A stretch of DNA of 63,676 bases, filler included, from Chiloscyllium plagiosum (Eukaryota): NCBI RefSeq assembly GCF_004010195.1. It is 4 parts of 2 records of this genome, joined end to end, with 100 filler letters (N's around TTAATTAATTAA, not from the genome) between each part and the next. Parts side by side here need not be neighbours in the genome. Positions count along the whole stretch, not along the records: positions 1 to 30,064 come from NC_057716.1; 3 more parts are not named here. The stretch is one strand, 5' to 3'. Numbering within the stretch: the first letter of the stretch is position 1; every line of letters begins with the position of its first letter. Below the pieces are notes generated by a model. The model did not search any database, was not told the DNA's origin, and saw nothing but the letters and a program-made list of their open reading frames with translations. The position numbers were made by a program, and so were the translations under genes. This document shows, one piece after another, positions 12,495-25,560 of this stretch.

Positions 12495-13140
12495 ATGGAA
12501 GGGGAAAGCAGCATTCCCAGCCCAGAGAAACCATTCGTGTTGTGCATGTGGTTAAGGATTAACTGGTCATGTGATCTGGGAAGACACCAATGTGATGGGA
12601 CCAGGGCGAGGTTGTGTAAATGTGGGGACTGTGAGAAGGAATTCACTTACCCCTCCCAGTGGGACACTCACTGACACAATCACACTGGGGAGAGGCTGGT
12701 CACCTGCCCCATGTATGGGAAGGGATTTACTCGCTCTTGCAATCTGCTGAGGCACCAGAGAGTGCAGAGAGGACTTAGATCTGCTCTGTGTGAGAGAAAG
12801 GATTCATTCAAATCTTTCTCCTGCAGAGACACCAGTGCATTCCCACGGGGGAGAGGCCATTCACCTGCTCCATGTGCGGGAAAGGATTCACTCAGTCTTC
12901 TGATCTACTGAGACCCCAGCGAGCCCACACAGGGGAGAGGCCATTCAGATGGTCAGTGTGTCAGAAGGGATTCAGTGATTTATCCCGCCTGCTGATACAC
13001 CAGCGGGTTCACATTGGTTAGGAGTTGTTTCCCTCTCTGTGTGACAAGGGATTTGCTGAGTCTTCAACACGACTCAGAGCCCAGTGAGTGCTCACAGGGA
13101 AGTGATCATCCACCTGCTCCGTTTGGGGTAGAGTTCACAC
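12495..13140 (+). pseudogene. C2H2 zinc-finger pseudogene (no KRAB seen, TGERPF-type linkers), copy A
   Basis: MEGESSIPSPEKPF...CKCGDCEKEFTYPSQ; HTGER linkers; TGA at 12672-12674, frameshifts, lost Cys/His. Confidence 0.9.
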
Positions 13141-13364
13141 ATCACTGCAGGACTCTGATTCTGGAGTTACTGTTCATTAGCGTCAGGACTGGACTTTGTT
13201 CATGATGATATTCTTGTTGTTGTTAATCACATTAACTGGGCTGGAGTTTACTGAATTTATATTGCCACTTTCTGAACCTCAGGGTGTCTCTCTGGGCAGT
13301 GAGACTCACAAACAGCAATGTGACAATGAGCAGGGATCGTCTGTTTTGATTTAAATTGTGACTG

Positions 13365-13690
13365 CAGCACTGCTGCTTCACAGCATCAGGTACAAGATTG
13401 GAGTCCAGCCTTGGTCAACAGCCTGTGTGGAGTTCTCACATTCTCCCCATGATAGTGTGTGTCCTCTCCAGGTGCTCTGGTTTCCTCGCACAGTCTAAAG
13501 ATATGCAGGTTAGGTGGATCCGTTGTGCTAAATTGTCCACAGTGACCAGGAATGTGCAGACTCGGTAGATCAGCCATGGGAAATGCAGTATTACAGGGAT
13601 GGATTGCTCTGGGTGGGATGTTCTTCAGGTGGTCGGGGTGGTTTGATGGGCCAATGTTTTCCTTCCACACTGTTGGGATTCGATTCTATG
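13365..13690 (+). mobile_element. HE1-type SINE, diverged
   Basis: gcactgctgcttcacagc head, V-domain-like core, CR1-like tail. Confidence 0.8.
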
Positions 13691-14899
13691 ATTGAGTGTC
13701 CTGAGAAGGAGCATGTGGTGTGTATCAATGCTTTCGATGCCTTTAGATAGAGGTGGGCACCACATGGGATACAGTGCTTTATCTCCACCCCTGCCCCCTC
13801 CTCCCCCAAAATCGACTTTGATTTAGTCCCTTCTCACTCTGTCACTTGTGATGGTTTGCTTTGCCCATAATGGGCTTTGTTTATAAATATTCAATTGGTT
13901 ACACAAATGGTTTACTGCTGATGATTATAGGTTAACAAAAAGCAAAATGATGTAATGATGATTTTGATGGTGGGAAGGTTGCTCAGCTGTGTGTGATAAC
14001 ATGTCTGGGTCGGAGAAATGGGGGAAAAGAATGCTTTACAGCTCACAAAACGAGAACTGAAAAGCAGTTAAATCAAACCAAAGGTTCAGACAGGGAGGGA
14101 ATATTTCCCTGGAGTTTGAGTAACTGGAAAGTGATGGTGTCCGGGAAGAGACAGGATTTTGTTCTAAAGGGCATTTGAAATTTTAAAAACTGTTATATTC
14201 AGATATTTTCAATTCTTTTACTTTTATTTATTGTGGAATAAACTTTAACACAAGGTTAGCAAATTTGTTTTTTTTTAAATGTAAAAGACAAATGTTAAAT
14301 AAAATCCATCAATCCAACCCTCACTGAAAACTGATGTGGACGTGCAATCTCCTGGAGAATCCCTGTCCTGCCTACTTCTTCCTACCCAGGCTCCATGGCT
14401 ATATACGTACCTGGAAGATAGCAGCAGGAAGCGGCCATTCGGCCTTTCGATTGTGCTCCATCATTCAATGGGAAACAGCTGACCATCCAGCTCAGTCTTC
14501 TGTTCCTGCTGTGCTCCAATCCCCTTAGATATAGTTCTTCGAGGTAAAGTCATCAAAGTCCTCCTTTGGCTTCACTGCCTTTTGTTCCAGTGACGTTGTG
14601 TTACTGTGTGGGTGTTGGCAGGGGTAATGTGATGGTGCTGCCTCCTGGACGAGGCAGTCAGTGTGCCTCATCATCCTGCAGTAACATCAACCGGGTTTCA
14701 GCAACTAGAGATAGAAACCATTTGCAGGATATGGGCATCACTGGCTCAGCCAGCATTTATTCCCCATCTCTACTTTCCCTTGAGAATATGGTAGTGAGCT
14801 GCTGTCTTGAACCATTCACAGTCCATTTGGCGCAGATTGACCGACAATGCTGGGAGGGAGAGTGTTGCAGGATTTTGGCGGAGTAATTCCCCATCTTTG

Positions 14900-15100
14900 G
14901 TTTGTCAAATTCTGGAAAACTCAATCACGATTGGCACATGATTTTGAGATTTCAGTCTGCAAATCTTCACCATCTAGCACCCTGAATAAATGAATAGGTA
15001 CAGATTAGACATTTAGAACAGACAATTCTCGTTTCTCTGGAATATTTTCCCCCTTTGTTCCCCCAAAGCTGTAACCCTCCAGCCCACTTACTCTCTTCCA
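14900..15100 (-). pseudogene. Acceptor and start of a ZNF-type exon, truncated
   Basis: Reverse complement reads ttcatttattcag|ggtgctagatggtgaagatttgcagactgaaatctcaaa, resembling leaders of the other ZNF exons here; duplicated at ~20470-20640. Confidence 0.4.
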
Positions 15101-15594
15101 TCATTCTGACTCTGCTGCCCCTAATGTACACCCTCCCCATACTCATGGAGTTATTGATAAACAGATCCATGTCACCACTTTCCGTCCTAGTTCGACTCTG
15201 CACCCTTTCTGGATTCACTTCCTTTCCCTCCAGTTGCTGCAAGTCAATAATGTAACGGCAGAATGAAACAAAAAGAAACAGAAAGGGATGTGGCAGATCC
15301 TGGACAGAAGAGGAACCTTCAGTCTGGGAGAATGGGTCAGATCCTTCCTTGTTTCTCATTGGTCAATTCCAGTGTTATGACGAGTTGGGGATGGAACTTG
15401 GTGCCATGTGGGTGTGGTGACACTTTGACCCTCCAACAGATCAATACTACAAGCAAATATGTCTCTCCTCCAGACAATCACAGTGTCGTGACACTTTAAC
15501 CCCCCAACAGATCAATACTACAAGCAGATGCTTCCCTTCTCCAGCCAAAGTGTGAAATGTTTTCCGCTAGTTACCCCAAAGCACATGCTTCAAA

Positions 15595-15680
15595 ATCCGC
15601 CCACATTCTGTACATGTACAGTGCTGGGTTTCCCCACACACGTGTGGTCCCTGCCTCAGGGATTGTGGGAGTTGTAGTCC
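15595..15680 (-). promoter_or_regulatory. Promoter relic with ZNF143/Staf-type motif, E-box and GC box
   Basis: Reverse complement GGACTACAACTCCCACAATCCC at 15659-15680; CACGTG ~15639; CCGCCC ~15597. Confidence 0.55.
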
Positions 15681-15899
15681 CCATGAAGCCTCTGGAGACC
15701 TGTCTCTGAAAGGTGAAAGGAAGTGTGGGCTGGAGGGTGTTGTGTATAGGATATCCATTCAGACACACAGGACATGTGGGTTGTCACTGGGTTTTACTGA
15801 GACATCCGCTTGGACAACCCGATCTCTGACGTAAGAAATACACATTCAGCCAATTGTGTGGTGGGGAGGTTAATAAGGGGCAGCAGATTTTAAGCAGAG

Positions 15900-16080
15900 G
15901 TGTCTCAGTGGCAAGCACTGCTGCCTCAGCGTCAGGGACCCTGGTTTAATTCCAGCCTTAGGCAACTGTGTGGAGTTTACACATTCTCCCCATGTCTGCA
16001 TGGTTTTGTTCGGTGCTCCAGTTTCCTCCCACAGTCCAAAGATGTGCAGGTGAGGTGGATTGGTCTGGGAAACTGTTAAT
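15900..16080 (+). mobile_element. HE1-type SINE, 5' part
   Basis: A-box/B-box-like head and gtgtggagtttacacattctccccatgtctgc core. Confidence 0.8.
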
Positions 16081-16233
16081 TCTGACCTGGTTCAGCCGAC
16101 ATGTGAATCCAGACCCTGAATAATGTGGTTGACTCTGAACCATCTCCTGGGCAGTTAGAATGGATGACAAATGCTGCCCCAGCATGTGATGCCGTGATCC
16201 CATGAACAAACAAATCAAATCCAATCGCTGTGG

Positions 16234-16415
<182 letters not shown>

Positions 16416-17654
16416 ACCAGGAGATATGATATTCACCATCCCGGGGGATACTGTGAAAAGATACCTCCAAGAGGGATCTAGCGAGAGTAGACCGGGAGAA
16501 ACTGTTGACATTCATGAAAGAATCAATAATGAGGAGGCACTGATGTAAAGGGATTGACAAAAGAAGCACATGTGACATGAGACAAAACGTTTTCATGCAG
16601 AGAAAGTTTATGGTCAGGAGTGGACTGCCAAAGAGTGTGGTGGAGCCAGGTACAATGAAGAGAATAGAATTGAACCGTTATTGGAAATGGATGAAAGGGA
16701 AGGTTTATGGGGTAAAGGTAAAGATTGGCATTCGGTGAGGTGATCCTTTGGAGAGCTGATGAGCCAATCAGCCTCCTTTTGTCCTTCTGTGAACATTTCA
16801 TTCTGAGCCCTCTAAGGAAATATCAGAGCAGGGATTGTGAAGAGGTCAGATTGAATGAGTGTCTCGGTGAACAAAAGTGAGACACAGATACAGAAAGGCT
16901 TTGGGATGGATTGAATCAAATGTTATAAATTTGCATGGCAATCAACATTATAGCAGTTACAAACGGGAGTGATCAGGACAGTGGAATTAAAGCAGCAAAT
17001 AAATCTTAAACATTGATGCAGCTAAAGGGGATGCTGGGTAAAGATACCACAGTTNNNNNNNNNNNNNNNNNNNNNNNNNNNNNNNNNNNNNNNNNNNNNN
17101 NNNNNNNNNNNNNNNNNNNNNNNNNNNNNNNNNNNNNNNNNNNNNNNNNNNNNNNNNNNNNNNNNNNNNNNNNNNNNNNNNNNNNNNNNNNNNNNNNNNN
17201 NNNNNNNNNNNNNNNNNNNNNNNNNNNNNNNNNNNNNNNNNNNNNNNNNNNNNNNNNNNNNNNNNNNNNNNNNNNNNNNNNNNNNNNNNNNNNNNNNNNN
17301 NNNNNNNNNNNNNNNNNNNNNNNNNNNNNNNNNNNNNNNNNNNNNNNNNNNTTAAAAATCGTAAATGACAGAGTGGGTACGAGTTCTGCTGGTAAAGTGC
17401 ATAAAGTTATTTAAAATGGCCCTAATTTACTTTCAGAAACAAGTGAGGGAAAGATACGTTACTGAGGTCATTGCATTAGTCCAAATTTAGAAATTCAGGG
17501 GAACTGAAGGGAGAGCCGGTGTTGGGAGTTGTAGTAATGATAGGGAAAACATTGTTTTACAGAGCGAGAGAGTTTCCAGGTAGGAAACTCAGCTTTAACA
17601 TCACATCAACTGCAGAGTCTTCCAATTCCGCAGGTCCTGATCCTTCTCGGTAAT

Positions 17655-18650
17655 ATGGAAGGGGAAAGCAGTATTCCTAGCCCAGAGAAATCATTCCTAT
17701 GTTATGCATGCAGTCAAATATTTAACTGGTCATGTGATCTGGGAAGACACCAATGTGACTGGACCAGGGTGAGGCTGTGTAAATGTGACGACTGTGGGAA
17801 GGAATTCACTTACCCCTCCCAGCGGGACACTCACTGACACAGTCACACTGGGGAGAGGTTGGTTACCTGCCCCATGTACGAGAAGGGATTTAATCGAACT
17901 TACAATCTGCTGAGGCACCAGAGTGGGCACAGTGGATTTAGACCCTTCACCTGCTCCATGTGTGAGAAAGGATTCATTCAAATCTCTCTCCTGCAGAGAC
18001 ATCAGTGCATTCCCATCGGGGAGAGGTAATTCACCTGCCCAGCGTGTGGGAAAGCATTCACTCAGTCCTCTGATCTGCTGAAACACCAGCGAGCTCACTC
18101 TGGGGAAAGGTCATTCACTTGCTCCCAGTGCGGGGAGAGATTCACACAAATGCGCCACTTGCTGAGACCCCAGTAAGCCCACACAGGGGAGAGGCCATTC
18201 AGATGGTCAGTGTGTGAGAAGGGATTCAGTGATTCATCCTGCCCCTGAGACCCCAGTGAGCCCAGATAGGGGAGAGGCCATTCAGATGCTCAGTGTGTGA
18301 GAAGGGGTTCAGTGTTTCATACTGCCCCCTGAGACCCCAGTGAGCCCACACAGGGGAGAGGCCAGTCATGTACTCAGCATGTGAGAGAGGGGATTCAGTG
18401 ATTCATCCTGCCCCCTGAGATCCCATTGGAGCCCACACGGGGGAGAGGTCATTCAGATGCTCAGTGTGTGAGAAGGGATTCAGTTATTCATCCCACCCCT
18501 GAGACCCCAGCGTGTTCACACTGGGTAGGAGTTGTTTCCCTCTCTGTGTGACAAGGGATTTGCTGAGTCTTCAACATGACTGAGAGCCCAGTGAGTGCAC
18601 ACAGGGAAGTGGTCATCCACCTGCTCCGTGTGGGGTAGAGTTCACACATC
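17655..18650 (+). pseudogene. C2H2 zinc-finger pseudogene, copy B, with more finger repeats than copy A
   Basis: MEGESSIPSPEKSF...; TGA at 17835-17837 shared with copy A; ~84-bp finger repeats at 18162-18520. Confidence 0.9.
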
Positions 18651-18879
18651 ACTGCAGGACTTTGATTCTGATGTTCCTGTCCATCAGAGTCAGGACTGGA
18701 CCTTGTACATGATGACACTGCTGGAGTATTGATGTTGTTGTTATTACCTGGGCTGGAGTTGACTGAATTTATGTTGTCTCTTTCTGAACCTCAGGATGTC
18801 TCTCTGGGCAGTAAGTCTCCACAAACAGCAATGTGACAATGAGCAGGGATCATCTGTTTTGATTTAAATTGTGATTGTA

Positions 18880-19195
18880 GCATGGCTGCTTCACAGCATC
18901 AGGTGCAAGGTTGGAGTCCAGCCTTGATCAACGGCCTGTGTGGAGTTCCCACATACTCCCTATGATAGTGTGGGGCCCCTCCAGGTGCTCTGGTTTCCTC
19001 CCACAGTCCAAAGATGCGAAGGTCAGGTCGATCAGTTTTTGCTAAATTGTCCACAGTGTCCAGGAATGTGCAGACCAGCCATGGGAAATGCAGTGTTACA
19101 GGGATGGAGTGCTCTGGGTGGGATGATCTTCAGATGGTCGGTGGGATTTGATGGGCCAATGCTCTCCTTCCACACTGTCGGGTTTCTATTCTATG
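18880..19195 (+). mobile_element. HE1-type SINE (duplicate of 13365-13690)
   Basis: Same position within the duplication unit and the same motifs. Confidence 0.8.
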
Positions 19196-21384
19196 ATTGA
19201 GGATAAAGGTGACACAGCAGGATGTCCTCGGAGAAGGAGCATGTAGTGTGTATCTAAAGGAGCATCTAAAGCTCTCGATACCTTTAGATAGAGATGGGCA
19301 CCACAGGGGACACAGTGCTTTATCTCCACTGCTGCCCCCTCTCCACAACTCTACTTTGATTTAGTCCCTTCCCACTCTGTCATTTGTAATGGTTTGCTTT
19401 GCATGTAATGGGCTTTGTTTATAAATATTCAATTGGCTACACGGGTGGCTTCCTGCTGGCAACAAAAAGCAAAATGATGTAATGATGATTTTGATGATGG
19501 AAAGGTTGATCAGCTGTGTGTGGTAACACTTCTGGGTCGGAGAAATGGGGAAAAAAGAATGCTTCATAGCTCACAGAACGAGAACTGAAAATCAGTTAAA
19601 TCAAACCGAAGGTTCAGACAGGGAAGGAATATTTCCCTGGAGTTTGAGTAACTGGAAAGTGATGGTGTCCGGGAGTAGATTTTGTTTTACAGGGCATTTG
19701 AAATTTTAAAACTGTTATATTCAGACATTTTAATTCTTTTCTTTAATTTTATTTGTTGTGCAATAAACTTTTACAATTTTTTAAAACCAAAATCCACAAT
19801 CCTTGTGTCAAAGACAAATGTTAAATAAAATCCAAAAAACCTTCCCTCACTGAAAACTGATGTGGAAGAGCAATCTCCTGGAGAATCCCTGCCTTGCCAA
19901 CTTCTTCCTACCCAGGCTCCGTATATATAGCTGTATACATATCCGTGTATATGGCTGTATACATATCTGGGAGATAGCAGCAGGAGGAGGTCAATCGGCC
20001 TTTCAACTCTGCTCCACAATTCATTAGGAAACAGGTGACCATCCAGCTCAGTCTCCTGTTCCTGCTGTGTTCCAATCCCCTTTCATTACTTTACCTCGAA
20101 GGCCTATATCAAAAGTTCTCCGTTAACTTCACTGCCTTTTGTTCCAGTGGCGGTGTTGTGTTACTGTGTGGGTGTAGGCAGGGGTAATATGATGGTTCTG
20201 CCTTCTGGAGGATGCACTCAGCGTCCCTCATCATCCTGCAGTAACAGCAACCGGGTTTCAGCAACTAGAGATAGAAACCATTTCCAGGATATGGGCATCA
20301 CTGCCTCAGCCAGCATTTATTCCCCATCTCTAGTTACCCTTCAGAAGATGGTAGTGAGCTGCTGTCTTGAACCATTCACAGTCCATTTGGCGCAGATAGA
20401 CCGACAAAGCTGGGAGGGAGTGTGTTGCAGGATTTTGGCTAACTGATTCTCCATCTGTGGTTCTTCAAATGTTGTTTAACTTAATCACAATCTGCACCTG
20501 ATTCTGAGATTTCAGTCTGCAAATCTTCACCATCTAGCACCCTGAATAAATGAATATGTACAGATTAGAAATTCAAAACAGAGAATTCTAGTTTCTCTGG
20601 AATATCTTTTTCCCCCAAAGCAATAACCCTCCAGCCTACCTACTCTCTCCCACCATTCTGACTCTGCTACCCCTAATGTACACCCTCCCCATTCTCATGG
20701 AGTTACTGATAAACAGATCCATGCCACTACTTCCCATCCTGGTTCGACTCTGCACCCTTTCTGGGTTCACTTCCTTTCCCTTCAGTTGCTGCAAGTCAAT
20801 AATGTAACAGCAGAATGAAACAAAAGGAAACAGAAAGGGATGTGGCAGATCCTGGACAGAAGAGGAACCTTCAGTCTGGGAGAATGGGTCAGATCCTTCC
20901 TTGTTTCTCATTGGTCAATTCCAGTGTTATGACGAGTTGGGGATGGAACTTGGTGCCATGTAGGTGTGGTGACACTTTGACCCTCCAACAGATCAATACT
21001 ACAAGCAAATATGTTCCTCCTCCAGACAATCACAGTGTGAAATACTTTCCGCTAGTTACCCCAAAGCACAAGCTCCAAAACCCACCCACATTCAGTACTT
21101 GTGCAGTGCCAGGTTTCCCCACACACGTGCGGTTCCTGTCTCGGAATTTGGGAGTTGTAATCCCCATGCAGCCACTGGAGACCTGTCTCTGAATTGTGAA
21201 TGAAAAATGTGGGTGGAGGGATGTTGTGTATTGGATCCCCATTCAGACACATGGGACATGTGAGCTGTCACTGGAATTTACTGAGACATCCGCTTAGACA
21301 ACCTGATTTCTGATGTAAGGAACATAGATTCAGCCAATTGGGGAATTGGGAGGTTAATAAGGGGCAGCAGGTTTTAAGCAGAGG

Positions 21385-21700
21385 TGGTTCAATGGCTGGC
21401 ACTGCTGCCTCACAGCGTCAGGGAGCTTAGGCGACTGTGTGGAGTTTACACATTCGCCCCATGTTTGCATGGTTTTGTGCAGTTCTCCTGTTTCCTCACA
21501 CAGTCCAAAGATGTGCAGGTTAGGTGGATTGTCCATGCTAAGTTGCTGACAGTGTCCATGCAAGTGCCGGTTAGACAATTAGCCATGGGAAATGCAATGT
21601 TACAGGGAATGAGTGGGTCTGAATGGGATGCTCCTCATAGGGTTGGTGTGGAATCGATGGATGAATACCCTCTCTCTGCACTATCAGGACTCTATTCTAT
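21385..21700 (+). mobile_element. HE1-type SINE
   Basis: gcactgctgcctcacagcgtcaggga head; cagtccaaagatgtgcaggttaggtggatt core. Confidence 0.8.
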
Positions 21701-22237
21701 TCTCATGAAGAAGAATGAACCTGCCTTGATGTGTTGTGAATCTATCGAATTCCCTATTCAGAATGCGGTGGATGCCAGGACAATGACCAAATTTAATGAA
21801 GAGATACAGATGTTGAATTTGCAATGAGTTGAAGTGTGAGAAAGAGCAGGCGGGAAAATCCAGCTGAGACCAAGGTGAGCTCAATCATCACCGTATTAAA
21901 TGGTGGGGCTGGTTCGAAGGGCTGCATTGCCTCTCCTGTGCCCAGTGCTTATCTTCTTATGATAATAACTGGAAAGCTGAATCCAAACTCACCACCTTCA
22001 CCAAAGGAGATTTTCGGAAAAAGCAGGACAGTCAGGTGGATTAGCATTCCAAACTTAGAGAGTGAGGAAGTGTGTAGGAGATAATGATTTTGCAATTTTA
22101 AACTGAGGCAAGACAGTGATTTATGGCTTTAGACTGTGTAGTACATTCACAGCGTCCAGAATACTCTGTTGTGAATATCTATCCTGTACTTTGTCAGAGA
22201 CCTTGGCTTTGTAACAATGAAAACCCAAACACCATGT

Positions 22238-22557
22238 GGGCGGCACGGTGGCACAGTGGTTAGCACTGCTGCCTCACAGCGCCTGAGACCCGGGTTCAAT
22301 TCCCGACTCAGGCGACTGACTGTGTGGAGTTTGCACGTTCTCCCCGTGTCTGCGTGGGTTTCCTCCGGGTGCTCCGGTTTCCTCCCACAGTCACACAGTC
22401 AGGGTCAGGTGAATTGGCCATGCTAAATTGCCCGTAGTGTTAGGTAAGGGGTCAATGTCGGGGTATGGGTGGGTTGCGCTTCGGCGGGTCGGTGTGGACT
22501 TGTTGGGCCGAAGGGCCTGTATCCACCCGTAATGTAATCTAATCTAATCTAATCTAA
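22238..22557 (+). mobile_element. Young full-length HE1-type tRNA-derived SINE
   Basis: A box TGGCACAGTGG 22249-22259, B box GGTTCAATTCC 22293-22303, CpGs retained, (AATCT)n tail. Confidence 0.92.
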
Positions 22558-23114
22558 CCCAGGAAACATTACCTCACCTCCTAATCTGATAAAAGACTTG
22601 TGATAAATCTAGTTGAATTTAGAACACAAATGGAAAGTGGGAAGATTAAATCCAATCCCAAGATCCAGTGCTTAAATAAAAGCAGACTACAACAGGATGA
22701 GGCAGGAGTTGGCGAATGTAAACTGGAAGCAAAGACTTAACAGTGGGAGAGTGATGGACAGTGGAGGAATATCAAAGTGCTCAGCAAATGTATATATCAG
22801 TGAAAAGGAAGGATTGTAGGAAAAGGATTAATCTGCCATGGGTGGCTAAGGAAATAAGGTAGTCTATCAAATTGAAATAGAAAGCATACAAATTGGCAAA
22901 GACCAGCGATAAACTAGGAGATTGGAAAATCTTCAAAGATCGACAGAAACCTCGATGGGATTTGGGGAGAAAAGTGATGAGTAGCTATCCCCATGGTCAG
23001 AATAGCAGTTTACACTGCGAGAGGGGAACATTTTGTGTGGGGAACATATGGCCTTTGTAATTGTTGAAGCACTTCACTGTTAACACAGAGATAATCCTGA
23101 TCAAATTAAAATTC

Positions 23115-23224
23115 ACAGCACACTCCAAAAGCTTGTACTTCCATTTAAACCTTTTGGATTACAACTTGGTGTTGTGTGATTTTTAACTTTGTCCACCCCA
23201 CCCCAACACAGGCTCCTCCACATC
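23115..23224 (+). mobile_element. PLE-terminus-derived mini-element (AGCU family), 5'-truncated
   Basis: ctccaaaagct...gtgtgatttttaactttgtccacccc matches 33449-33534 and the reverse complement of 33029-33150. Confidence 0.65.
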
Positions 23225-23784
23225 AGAATCCTGACAGACAACCCCACTGAAAGTGAAGTGTCTGTCAGGTACATGAGTGAGCCGTGGGGGAGGGGTGTGT
23301 GGTTTAACCACAAAGTGCTGAACTAAACTAGACGTTTTAAACTGCCAGTGCCATGGAGATAATGCTGATAGACAGCTTCTGTTCAAAACCACATGTCACA
23401 AACGTAAAAGAATGGGAGCCACATATCCGACAATTACATGATAATGCCTGGAGGTGTTTTGAATGTACACTATCCAGGTAACAGCCATGTCACATCAATA
23501 AAGACTCAAAGAAGACCTCTCAGAGTTCTGTGCCTCGTTATTCCTATCCAGCAGGGTTTAGGAATATGAGCACACAGCAGTCAGTCTTCACACTGGAGGA
23601 TACGAAGAACATGCCAGTAATTGATAAGGAGACTAAAGAAGGTGAGTACCAAGAAACAATCATTATCACGAAAGCGTTAGAGCTGGGCAAGCTAATGTAG
23701 CTAAAGGTAGACAAGTCTCCTTGCCCATATGGAATACATCCCAGGGTGCTACCAGAGATAGCGGGAGAAATAGCAAATATACTT

Positions 23785-24275
23785 AGAGTTATAGCGTCCT
23801 ACAGCAGAGACAGGCCCTTTGGCCCAAACTGGCCCATGCTGATCAGAATGTCCATCCATGCTAACCCCATTTCCCTGCATTTGCCCCATATGCTTCTGAC
23901 TCTTTGCTATCCATGTATTTGTCCAAATGCCTTTCACATGTTGTTAATGTACCCACCTAACCACTTCCACTGGCACCTCATTCCATCCATGTACCACCCT
24001 CTAAAAACAGTTGCCCTTCAGGTTCCCTTGTATTCTTTCTCCTCTAATCTTAAGCTGACACCCCCAGTCCTTGATTCCTTGGGAATAAGACCGAGTGTAT
24101 TCACTTTTCCCAAGCCTCTCATGGTCTTATACACTTCTATAAAAGATCCCCCCTCTGTTTCCTCTGCTCTAAACAAAAATGTCCACGCTTGTCCACCTTT
24201 CCCTATAACTCAGACCCCTGAGTCCTGGCAACATCCTTTTAATTTCTTCTGCACTTTTTACAGTTTAATAACTGA
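23785..24275 (-). mobile_element. CR1 3' fragment adjoining a decayed + strand CR1 (22620-23780)
   Basis: CR1 3' UTR reverse complement; upstream DKSP.P.GIHPRVL motif at ~23705-23750. Confidence 0.75.
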
Positions 24276-24499
24276 AACCTACACTGCATTCATCACATTT
24301 CCAGGGTTTCCCCACGAGGCTGGAACCAACGTGACAACGCCAATGGATTACAAGGCAATGATCAATTATTCACTCCTTTACAAAATTCCCATTTTCATGG
24401 TTTTTCCATGAGGCAGGTATCATTGTGTCTTTCTGGTTGCATGATTAATTAAAAAGTTGTCCTCATACACAATAAATCTGAGGCTTAACTGTTCCTGAG

Positions 24500-25560
24500 A
24501 AATGTGCCATGTTTTTTCAGACTTTTTCAAACAAATGAACTGTCTCTCCACACTCACCACACTAACATGGACTTTTCCAGTCACACTGATATTGAAATAT
24601 TTGCTCATAGACAGAATGCACCTTTCCTTCCACATGAAATGGCTTATGATATTTACTTGATCCGTGCCGATCTGAATATCAGATCTGAACATGAAGTTCA
24701 ATTTGAATTTCTCAACCGCAAATTCACCCTTTCAGTACCCGACAACAAAGAAAACAAGTCACCACTGTTAATACAGGATTCGTAAGATAATTTTAATATT
24801 AAATTGTAGTTTCCTTGTTCTCCCAAAGCTTTAAATGTCAGTGTCAACTTCTTTCTTCCATGAACTGAAATCCAAACCAATCTCCTCACTCCTTTCCTCC
24901 ACACCCAGTTTTCACACTCTCTCTCCTCTATTTGAATTCAATTTCCTAGCTCCTGTCTACAGGCTATGAACCAAATCAATGATTCTGACTCGGAGCCTCC
25001 TGGGTGTTGGAGAATCCTTCCCCCACCTCCCAGGGTTTCCTTCCTGGTCAGAACCACATTGTGGAAAAAAAACAATCTGGAACCTCTTACTTATTTTCCC
25101 CAGCCCACCCTCTGATGAGAACCATTCTGCAAACACTGCTTCTTGCACACACTGGCCAAATCATATCTGGTTGAACTAAAATGAACCAAATTAGAACTCT
25201 AATTGCATGTCCATCCTTATGCCTTTCTATAATATTCCTGAATATTCACACGACTGCTAATAACTTTCTGAAAAATGCTCCCCCACTGATACTTTGACAA
25301 TTCGTCAGGATACCAGGAGAGGGGCCATTCCTCTGGGTCCTGCTCTCAGAGGGAGCTGCCAATGACAGATTAATCCCACACACCCAGAGTCTCCCTCCCT
25401 GGCACTGACCCAGACTGCACATACGTCAACAATTGGCCAGCACTGCGCCTGTGCACTGGTCTCCCCTCCGACAGCACATGCTCCAGATCACACAGGAGTC
25501 TGGGTGATTGACAGCAGCTGCTGCCCAATAGGGTGGATGGGGCGGGGCTGGATTGGGACA
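24500..25560 (-). pseudogene. Decayed ZNF-type gene (promoter relic, leader, degenerate first finger)
   Basis: CCAAT/ATTGG and GGGCGGGG at 25500-25560, actgcgcctgtgca at ~25442; leader at 24700-24910 resembles the other ZNF exon leaders. Confidence 0.4.

Larger units (their letters stand above)
11108..16080 (+). repeat. Tandem segmental duplication unit A (CR1 piece, ZNF pseudogene, SINEs, minus-strand ZNF promoter relic)
   Basis: Collinear with 16425-21700 throughout, e.g. 15263-15480 vs 20815-21030 nearly identical. Confidence 0.92.
16425..21700 (+). repeat. Tandem segmental duplication unit B
   Basis: Collinear with 11108-16080. Confidence 0.92.

Noticed and set aside
22238..22310. tRNA gene
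   Set aside because: The A/B boxes continue into a SINE body and CR1-like tail; there is no complete cloverleaf or terminator.
23746..24411. 221-aa ORF
   Set aside because: It is a chimera of a sense CR1 fragment and the antisense of a CR1 3' end, with no coherent protein signature.
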